Source: Octopus bimaculoides
Taxonomy: Eukaryota
Assembly: GCF_001194135.2 (NCBI RefSeq)
Contig: NC_068991.1
Location: 24,482,774-24,546,773, forward strand
Length of the DNA: 64,000 nt
Direction: 5' to 3'
Shown: in pieces, positions 39,851 to 51,531 of the stretch
How positions within the stretch are numbered: the stretch's first letter is position 1
Layout of the letters: each line of letters opens with the position of its first letter
Position numbers and translations under genes: made by a program
Notes under the pieces: generated by a model
The model's input: the letters and a program-made list of their open reading frames with translations, nothing else
What the model was told of the DNA's origin: nothing
Database searches by the model: none

Positions 39851-42800
39851 NNNNNNNNNNNNNNNNNNNNNNNNNNNNNNNNNNNNNNNNNNNNNNNNNN
39901 NNNNNNNNNNNNNNNNNNNNNNNNNNNNNNNNNNNNNNNNNNNNNNNNNNNNNNNNNNNNNNNNNNNNNNNNNNNNNNNNNNNNNNNNNNNNNNNNNNNN
40001 NNNNNNNNNNNNNNNNNNNNNNNNNNNNNNNNNNNNNNNNNNNNNNNNNNNNNNNNNNNNNNNNNNNNNNNNNNNNNNNNNNNNNNNNNNNNNNNNNNNN
40101 NNNNNNNNNNNNNNNNNNNNNNNNNNNNNNNNNNNNNNNNNNNNNNNNNNNNNNNNNNNNNNNNNNNNNNNNNNNNNNNATATTCAACTGATATTCTCCT
40201 TAAATAAATATTAATACACTTGATGTAGTGAGGAAAAAATTAAGGCTCTCCCTGTCATAAAATGCTCAAATCTGATGACAGCAATTAATACAATTAGAAT
40301 TAGAATTGCAATGAGAGTCAAGGAAAGAAAACATTAGCACAAACATTTGTACTAATTAAATTTGATCATCAGGAAACAGCAATAACTCTAGACCTCCTAG
40401 TCTTTTCTATGGGACTAACTCACCCCACCACTGCATATTAGACGTAACATTACACATACCCTAACACTATCTTTGGATGATAGCTTTAATTTGTCACCCT
40501 GTTGCAAGCAATCAGAACAGGTTTCTTGTATGCAAATAACTAACTCCTACCCGTTTTGAAGTTGAAGAAACTGTCTTTTTTCCCCTGACAAAGTGATTAA
40601 AAAAAACCTAATCTGCTAGGTGATGAAAGTAAGTATTTAAAATGATTAGTACATACAAGGATGGATAAAAGTAACCTTATTACCATTATCTGCTATATTT
40701 CTATTCAGTAATTGATGTAATATTTAGAAGATATTGCTTTTGAAGTTGTTTTCCCTTTCAACATACAAATACTTGCAACTGAGTGGATTCCTCTAAAAGT
40801 GCTCAAAGTATCACATGGGGCCAGATGGCAGATTAAGTCTAAAACCAATACTACAAAGCATCTGATCCAACATTCTTACCATTCTGCCAATCCCCTGCTT
40901 TGGATTGTTACTTTCCAATCAACTCCAAAAGGATGAAAGGCAAAGTTGGTCCTGACAAGATTTGAACTCAGTGTATTGGGAGCCAGAACAAATACTGCAA
41001 AGCATTCTATCTGATGCTCTAACATCTCTGCCAAATCACTGCCTGGTTAACAGACTTTTGAGGTAAGTCTAGAAAGGGATAGCTCAAAAACATCTCATAT
41101 TTTCTTACTGTCAAAAGGTTATCAGAAGGAATCTCTCATCAGAAAAAATCCAAGAACTAATCCAACAAAGGAACTGCTACATGGTTATTCAACCTGCTAC
41201 AAATAACAGTCAAATTTTCCTCAAGACACACTTGACCATCTTAAAAAAGGAATGATATATTGAGAAGGCACATGGCTCAGTGGTTAGGGCATTTGGCTCA
41301 CAATTGTAAGATCATGAGTTTGATATCTTGGTGCACTGTGTCCTTGAGCAAGTTACTTTATTTCAAGTTGCTTCAGTCCATTCAGCTGGCAAAACTGAGT
41401 TGTATCAGTATTTCAAAGAGTCAGCTTTGTCACTTTGTATCACACTGAATCTCCCTAAGAACTGCATTAAGGACATGTGGATTTGTGGAATGCTCAGCTA
41501 CTTGCACATTACTTTCACGAGCAACTTGTTCCATTGATCAGATCAACTGGAACACTCATCGCTGTAACTATAGGAAACATTGGATAATGTAGCCTTAGAT
41601 ATACTCTCTAAGATTGGATGGTCATGGCTGGGTACATTTGTCAATAGGTCTGTTCATTCAGAGAAAATTGCAACATAAGATAGCGAAAATAAGTAAAAAC
41701 AGAAAGAAAATGATGGCTAGCAACTCAGTAGATTAGAAAACTTGCTAATCAAGTCATTATATTTTACTTTAACATTTTTTAGTAAATATTTTATTGTTTT
41801 ATTATTTTTCACTGCCATCATGGTTTGGATTGTTTAAAAAGATAAAAAATCTACAATTTCAAGGTAATATTTTACATATAAGTAGACTGACAAAATTAAA
41901 ATAATGTCTCAACTAATGGGATCCAAGTAAATTCCACATCTTATAAATGTTCTTGTATGTATTTGGATGAATAAATTTGTAGATCTACATCAGTGATTTT
42001 CAACCCCTATGGACCCCTTTCATTCCTATTTTACTTTGCTGAACCCTAATAAACATATGATATTTTAAAAAAGTTCCATTATATTTTTATAATTAAGTAT
42101 CACAAGGAATTATATAAAAAAAATTATTGAAATAATTTGTTCATTCTAGAAGTATAACCAGTTATTTGCACAGAAATGCTAACAGCAAAATCTTATGTGG
42201 ACTCCTAAGGGTCATGTGGACCCCAGTTGAGAACCACTGATCTACATAATAATGTTTTATGCCTATTAAGGAAGCAAATGAGAGAAAGAGAGCTAAATGT
42301 GCTAAGCTGGTGGAGCTATACCAAAACAATTAGTGGCAAGTTAAGTGTGAGCTCATTGAGGTGAGATGCAGAGGATTTGCAGGCCAGTCTCTCTAAAGAG
42401 CCTACAACATGCTGAGCATCATGCACAATAAGGCTTCTGCACAATTTCCATCAACTAAATTCATTCACAAGACATTGGCTGGCCCAGGGCTATAGTAGAA
42501 GACACTTGCCTAAGCAACTGTGCAGTGAGATTGAACCTGAAACTATGTGATTGTTAATCAAACTTCTTAACCACAAATCCATATATAAGATAATTAAGAA
42601 AATCTTAGTACTCCATTAATATTTGTAGGTTATTAGTAAATTTTTATGATTAAAGCATGCTCAAGTTTTAGTCAAAAAGCCAGGAAATATAGACTAAGAA
42701 AGGTTTATATACATTATTTTATTTGCTTTAATAATGATATATTTTTCAAAAATAATACATTTTGTAACATGATTCTTTATTGAAATACAACTGAAGTTGA

Positions 42801-45800
42801 CAATAGAAAATATTTTCATTTTGGCATGCTTGACTATAAAAAATATTAACTAAATTTTGCAATTAGATTTTCATCTAATTTGAATAAGCGATATTTTGAT
42901 TTATTTTGCATCATCAAACAGTGAAGGCTACTGTAGTGTTTCTCAAAGTCAGAGAAACTTACTGAATCTGTACAACAGCCAGATTTACAATACTAACAAG
43001 AAGATTGTAATACTGATAAAATAAATTATTAAAATATAATATATAAGAATAAATTTAACTCTGAGTGAAACTCTTAAAAATATATAACTTTCTTTGCAAT
43101 AACTGAAGATAAAAATATATAAAAAAGATAAAGCAGTTGAAATACACTCTCTTGGAATATTAAAAAAAAAACAAAAACGAAAGAGGTTGATCATTAAGTT
43201 CAGATTCTTTCAGAAACTCAAAGAGCTCCTTAGTAAAGATTTCCAAAAATAGCCAAAAGTTATTGGACTCTATGCTCTCTGAAATTTACCAACACTACTC
43301 TTGACATGTCTATGCACCCTTTCCTCTTTATGGCTCTTTTACTTTTCACTTTTCTGTCTTTTTTAGTTTTATTCTATGTATTATGCATGAATTTTTGGTT
43401 TCTATTGCTGTCTTTCTTTACTTGACTTATTGCTGCTCTGTTCTCAGCTTTATCTTTTTCCAATTAGTTGTAGTGCACCTGAGTATTGTATACATAAGCT
43501 CATTATTATATGATGTTTTACATTGGTTGCAATTTGGACTCCTGGAAAGACCATTAAAGTGAGAAAGAAGTAAATTTCAAAGGAAAGCACATTATCCTAC
43601 CTCAATGTTACTCATGTCCATGAGAACAGCATAGGTACTAAGATGTGAGCAGGAACAGACCACATATGTGTCTTCATTCAGCTGAAAATGGTCAGTCATC
43701 TCACATCCTTTCCTCGACCAATATCCATTTAACCTACAAATAACATTAAAAAAAGCAATAAGAGAAAATTAGAAAGAATCACAAAATATTATTGTCAAAA
43801 AGATGAAGAAAATGATTTAAAGCAAAATAAGTAAACCAAAACAAGTTTGAAATAAAATACAAAAAAGTGGTGGGGAGGGCACAAAAGTTTATTATATGAG
43901 GGGGGTACCCAAAAGAAATCAGAATTTTGCAATCTTATTTTATACACTTAGTTTTACATGATTACACTTTTATTGCCTTCAAAGTATTCTCCATTTAAAG
44001 TTATGTTTGAAGCAGTCCTGGAACTCTTGTGGAGTGATGCTTTTAACGCCTCTGTCATTTTTTTCTTCACCTCTTCTGCATCTGCAAATTTTGTAGCACC
44101 AACTTTTGTCACTAGTAATGACCTTTGAAAAAAGGTCCAGATCAACTTCCAACTGTTCTTTCATGTTCACAACATGCATTCAGTTGTAACTGCTTTTGAT
44201 ATTCTGTGAGCAAGCGAGGCACAAATTTTGCTGCAACACTTTTCATTCACAATTCCTCACTCATAATTCATTGGCAGGAGCTCCAGGACACACCAGTCAC
44301 ATCAACAAGTGTGTTGATTGTTCGGTGACAGTCCTCTATGATCAGTTCATGAATTTTCATGTTTTCATTCATTCGGAAGGTTAATGGTCATCCTGAATGA
44401 GGATGGTCTTCAAGTGACAAGTGACCATTCCTAAAGTGTGAAAATCACTTGTAAACTTGTGTTTTGCTCATGACAGCAGCCTTGTAAGCTGTTTCAGGCA
44501 TGACAGCTGTTTTGGCCACCATTTTCCCCAGCAGAAAGCAGAATTTCACAGAAGCACATTGTTCCGTCATTTCAGCCATCGCAAAAATTGATGAAGAGGG
44601 GAGGAGCACTGCAAAACAAAGACGCACCACGTGGCAATATGACCCTATTGAACAATGCTGGTCAGCAGACTGATGCCTGAGGGTTGCATCAACTGATTTC
44701 TAGCAGTGGAAGCCTGAACTATAATGGGCTTGTCTCATAGAGAACATTTCCTGTTACTTTTGGGTATCCCCTCATATATATATAGGTTATGTTTAAAATT
44801 AAAGTTTAGGTAGGAGACTTTAAAATGCAGTATCCAAATCTTGTTTTGGGTATGTACCTAGTAGTGTACCTTGAGAGCACGTTCACTACATACAGCTACC
44901 AGGCATCAACCATGGTATTACACTTTAGTCGCAGGAACTACATAAGGAATTCCTCGGTGCACATTCAGTATATTTTAAATAATTGATAGGGAAGACAGAG
45001 TGTAGTGTAAGCTTTATTTAGCTCGATGATCGTTTCAGCTTACATCTGCACTGCTCCCTCATGGGTGGGGAACGATATAATGGAATTGAATGCACCCCCC
45101 CCCCCACCATCAGGTTTCTTCTTCACTGTGGAGTGCATTGGATTCCATTATATCGTTCCTCACCCACTAGGGAACAGTGCAGATGTAAGCCGAAATGATA
45201 GTCTAAATAAAGCTTACAGTACACTCTGTCTTCCCTATCAATTATTTTATATATATATATATATAAATTTATGTATATATTAATATTACCTTGGTTGAAA
45301 AAACTTTGATAATGTAAATATGTTAATAGTTACCATGGATAGCAAAAATCACACAAAAACTAGGATATCACACCCATTTTATAGGTAGAAATACCAAGTA
45401 AAAGTGATGTATTTGGAGTAGATATGAATAATAATAATAAATGGAGCAAAACGCATATAAACAATAAGTTCCTTTAATTCCAACATATGGAATAGAGTTC
45501 ACATATATTTTGAAACATATGTAGGAATTAAAGGAACTTATTGTTTATATGCGTTTTGCTCCATTTATTATTATTCTTCATATATATATATATCCACACA
45601 CACTCACACATACACTTACCCACGGTTGAATGGTTGCCAATAAACACACTGAGGACTTGTTCTGTTATGGTTAACAAGCTGCTTAAATGTAATATTTATT
45701 GGTTCAGATGTGTGACCTTTAACATGATGTTGCTGGTTCTGTAGAATGAGACTAATAATAGGAGTGCTGATAGCCATTGGTCGATCAGGTATTTTTCTGT

Positions 45801-45806
45801 AATAAC

Positions 45807-45840
<34 letters not shown>

Positions 45841-48800
45841 GCAAACCACAGCACATACCCAAGGCACACAGAGCTGCGCTAGGTAGTGAAATGAAAGCAC
45901 ATTATAAAAATAAAACTACTGAATAATAATAATGGTGGTTTCAAATTTTGGCACATGGCCAGCAATTTTAAGGAGGGGATAGCTATGTTGACCCCTATGC
46001 TCAATTGGTACTTATTTTATTGACCCTAGAAAAATAAAAGGCAAAATTGTCCTCCATTTTACTCTTTTCCAATTAGTTATAGTGTGCCTAAGCATTATAT
46101 ACAATAAGCTCATTATTTTATAAAACATGACCAGCTTGTCCTCCACCTCCCCAAATGATATATTCCAGGTCATATTATTCAACATGTCTGCTTTAAAGTA
46201 TCAAGGTCTTTGAAAGAGATTTGACAGCTATTTCTAGCTGGTTAAGTGGTCGCATTGAAATTATGTACCTGTGTACATTTTGTACACAGATACATACACA
46301 TACACACATTCATACAAATACATGTATATGTACCCCCACTCCAATACATACATAAATAAAAGAAAAAATGTTTCCTTCTCGAGCCATGCCAGACTCATAA
46401 GGGCTGGTTTCCTAGTTTCAGTGACATATATATTCCCCACCTGGACAGGATGCCAATCCATTACAGGATTACTCATTTTTGCCAACTGAGTAGACTGGAG
46501 TAATGTGAAATGAAGTGTTTTGCTGAAGAACACAACACATTGCCCAGTCCAGGAATTGAAACCACAATCTCATGATCATGAGTCCAACACCCTAACCACT
46601 AAGTCATGCGCCTCTACGTATACATACATACATTCATACAAATACATACATACACCACACCTACAGACATACACACATATTCCATCTACCAAATCTTTTG
46701 AAATAAACTACTTTGATAAGAGTGCAGAAGCATCCACCTTTTGAAAGCACAAATGTTATTAACTCTATAAGTACTTTAAACATCATATTCATTAGAGGAG
46801 TTGTCTGTGAGACAGATGTGCTCACATGAAAACACTTAAAGAATAAGCTACTTAAAAAAAGGTAAGAGAATGAAGAACTATCTTTTCTCATTTTCGTTTT
46901 CATTCATTAACTCAAACAAAATTTAAAAAAAAAACTCTCAAAACAATCCCAGACAAATATGAACCACAATGAGATTCTCAAGTAAGTGTTTGCTTCAATA
47001 ACTCAAGATAAGCAGGAGTGTGTGCATGTGTGAGGTGAGAGTGAAATATGTGTACATTCATCCAATGTGTCTGTGCTGAGTAGATAAGGTGTTGAACTAC
47101 CAGCCTCTGGTTTATGAGTCTCGATCTATTGCAGATGTTTCATTATTTCTAAACAGGAAATGTTATTCTATGTATGTTAGTTCACTTCATTGTTGGGTAT
47201 AAATATAAGACATGTAACCTAACTAGGGGACTTTTTTCACTTTACATTATTCCATAAAACTAGGAGCTGAATACCAGTCTCTTAAGGATCTCCCAAGGCT
47301 TAGATGATACTTATATTATATTTTCCAAGAAGCATTTCTAAGAGCTATTTTTTTTTAATCATGAGTTAAAGATCTTTCTATTAGCATTGTGTAAAGCAGA
47401 CACTGGAGCATGATGCAGTCCTTGGCCCCATCAGATCCTGTCAAACTATCCAACCCATGCCAACTTTGATTATGCTTGTAGTGTAACAACAGTAATTGTA
47501 GTGGAGAAGGTGTAAATCACAATTGAGTAATCAGTTGATTTCAATACCTAAAATTACAGAGCTATGCAAAAATAACTATACTAGCATTGAGAAAGAGAAA
47601 TACCAAATACCAAAAAGAAATAAATACAAGGAAATGATACTATCATGGCAACAGATTTTATGATGGTTTATGTCTGTCTTGTATGTTGATATTTTAGTAC
47701 AGAACAGAAGCATTTACAGATCTTAAATATTTATTGATAAACATGAAAGCTGCAATTGAGTGATTCATAAGGATGCTAGTTCAGTAAGCAAAGGGTTAGT
47801 AATTTGTATCTAATCTTTGGGGCCACAATATAACTCTAGCTAAAGCTATACATAACTTTTAATAACCCATCGCCTACCTGTAATAGATAGCAGTTTTCCA
47901 CTCCAAGTAGCAAACAATACTGGTAGTTGTTTTTGTTAGCTTATAGTGCTGAACTCAACTTTTCTCATGAGTATAGATCATAGATGAATGGGTTTGTAGG
48001 ATTGAATTGGGTTCATTGGGGCCCATAAATCCAGTAGGTTTCAGAACATGTACACACAAGAGGTCATGAGATATATTTGCATTTTTGTCTTTTCAGCTTT
48101 GAGGCCATTTGAAGCTTGGTGATTAATCATAGTTTCATGGTATTAAGTGGATGAAAGACAAACTTCTCTTTGGATCAAATGAGTTTCTATCTCATGTAAC
48201 ATTCCTAAAGTATTTGTTACTTATTCCCAATAGTTATATGAATTAAGGTTCATAGGATTAAGTATACAAACAACATAGACAACAAAACACCTGCAGTTGA
48301 TATGAACTCAAAGAATTTAGGTTTGTAGTTCATACAATATCTTTTCAACTATTTGCTTCTGGGCTAGTTAGCTACTATCAAGGAACAACTCTAGAGTAAA
48401 AATAAATAGTTGAAAAATATCTTTTTTTTTTTGAGAATATTTCTATCAAGCAACAATGCTAAACCCTTCATTTTGTCTTTATATGATAATTTTTTTTTTT
48501 TTTTCTAGATTAATTAATAATCGAGATAGGAGAAAATCCTTTGTGATTGTTATATTGTATACTCTTTAGTTGGAATAATAAACAGAAGGGAGTATCAATA
48601 TTTATATGCCACAAACACATACTTATAACTGGAAAGGCTTGCTGTTAACTACACTCTCAATTTATCATGAACCTTTAAATACATATACAAATTGGAAAAC
48701 AGAAATGACCAAAAATAATGCTAAATTAAAAGACTGTGTTAACATACCGCACTGTTTCATCATAGTTTTCTGGCATTACATCACCTAGACTTCGGTAAAT

Positions 48801-49732
48801 CATGTAACCTACAATAGCTTTACCAGATGGGTTTTGCTTATGAGGTGGAATTGTGCCAACTGAAAAACAAATATCCATTGAGTAAATGCAAGTATTAACT
48901 GTACAGAAAAATTGGAGACAAATAAAATAAGGGATAAAGTAGAGGTTTATAATGCAACAAAAACTAAATATTAAAAATTTATAAATATAAAGTAAAATTA
49001 AAATATAGTAAACTGAGATAAATATGGAATATATATAATTAGATTAAAAGAAAAAATTAAATTGGAAGAAATTTGAAACGCATTAACATTTTTGATACGA
49101 ATTTACATGAGATCACACCTGGTTCTAAAATACAAACTTCACCTTTAAGGTGATCTAAATTAATATCTTCCAGCAAAATTCCATGTTAATTTATGTTCTA
49201 AACACCAGCTTAAAAATGACAAAGTTATTTTTCTAAATCTGTCATTATTCTCAAAATTAACTGAAACAAAAGCAGTCTATTTTAACGTAAAAATGATAAC
49301 CAAAGGGGCAAACCTTGATCATGAGATATCTCGTAACAAATAAAAATGCAAACTAAATCTTAAGTCTTAAAAAGAATTGGAAAGTGTTAATTTTCAGACA
49401 CATATTACTTGTAAATATTATAATACAGTAATTTATAAAAACCAATACTCAGGAAGAAAACTTAGAAAATGAAAACTGAGGGTACTCAATAGAAAAACTA
49501 AAAAATTTGGTTATACATACACAATTTCCTTCCCGTTATCAAGAGAGAACGAGGTAGCTGAATGTTGGTATCTTTATCAAACATGGCAGTATTTGGTACA
49601 ATATTGTCATACTTAGGAATTTGGATACCAGTGAAGTTTTGTAAATTGATTACATCAACAGCCAGTACTAAAATAACAGAAGTAAAATTCCATAAATGTG
49701 TGTGTGTGTTTATGTCTGTGTGTGTGTGAGTG

Positions 49733-49763
<31 letters not shown>

Positions 49764-51496
49764 TGGTATCAAATGTATTACATATCACCATCCTCTTCAT
49801 TTTATGTCCATCTTCTATGCTGGCAAGGACTGGATAGTTTGACAGGGTCCAATGACTCAAAAGACTGGGTCAAGCTCCAACGTTTGCTTTGGCATGGTTC
49901 CCACAGCTGGATGCCCTTCCTAATGCCAACCACTTCACAGAATGTACTGGGTGCATTTTCTCATGGCACTGCTATCATGTAACTTGCAAAACAACAAGAG
50001 ACTCCTCAGCTGAGTGAAAGTGTTGTAGAGAGAGAAGTGGTTTTATGCCAGGTATTGAGAGGCTAACGCATGATTAGAGGGACAGGAGCAGGGGTCTTGC
50101 TGTAAAGGAGATACACAGCACACCCACATTATATAAAGGTGGGTGCCAGCATAGAAAACGGGCATTTAATGATAATGATGATCATGATCGTGTGTGTATG
50201 TGCGAGCGCGCACACACACACACACACACACATCAATATACATATATCAAATGTATATTCTAGAATCATTTCTTATAACACAGAAAGAAGACATGAAATA
50301 AAATGATAATTTTCTCTAGTCATTCTAAAATCTGGTACCAACAATTGGACTGCTTTGCTAATGAAGTCTGATACTAGAAAAATATATCGAAGGTTATAAC
50401 CTTCCTGCCAAAATTCAGACATACGACATTCTAGTTTTAATCACAGTTACCTCCCTTACTTTTTCAGCCTGGAATTAATGTTAATGCCTACTTTACTTAC
50501 TGCTAAACAATCTTCCTAAAGTCAGCTATGACATTATCTCTTTTAAAGCATGACAATAGTTTTACCATCATTAATGACAATAACTATATCTTAATATGGC
50601 TGAAATTTGCCCAGGTGATTCCATTCCTGCTCAGTTTTCTTCAGTTCTATCAGGATTGATAATCTATCTTGATGGTAGTAGTGGTGGTCATGGCAGCAGC
50701 AGCAACAACAGAGAATGAGAGAGCCTCAATATGGTCATTTGAATAGCAAAAAATAGCAACCAACACACACTACAGGCTTCTTTTCAGTTTCTGTCAACCA
50801 AATACACTCACAAGACTTTGGTCAGCCTGAAGCTACAGAAGACATGTGCCCAAAGTGCCACTCAATCATACTGAACCATAAACCACAAGGCTGGGGACAA
50901 ACTTCTTAACTACACAGCCATGCCAGCATCTATATACAGCTATGCCCAAATGAAGGGGGAAATCAGTAATTAACAGGACCAAGAATCAATACTTTTATAT
51001 TTAATTTAGATCAGAACAAATATATTTTTTTAAAGTTTACATAAAACTTACCAATATTTTCAGAAATAACTTGGAAAGGCCAAGATTGAGACAAGGACAT
51101 GCTTGTTGCAAGAGTATGGAGATAGGTCTCAAAGAGAATAGTCAGTGCCATAGTTCCACCGTTTTTGTTTAGTCGATTCCATTCAGTTCGGTATTTGCTA
51201 TTGTATGAGTAACTCAGAGCTGACAACATGTTCTGCAAAGTAGAATTAAATCAAGATAATTACAAAAATCATCAGTATTACAAATTACACACCCACCTAC
51301 TCACCACCACCAACGTTGCTATTACTGTCATTTTCAACAATACAGTATTAAAATATATAAAAGTAATAAATTACTTTTTAAAAAGAATCCCATTTATCTA
51401 AACATTCTCAATATAATTTTAGAAGAGTTGCTGTTCACATTTATATGGACTACCAATAATAATCTATATATATAAAAATGAGAATGCGTGTCTGTC

Positions 51497-51531
<35 letters not shown>

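Noticed and set aside
46661-46903. Missing GAIN exon in this minus-strand ORF
   Set aside because: No CELSR similarity; exons at 48748-48859 and 45620-45796 already join in phase
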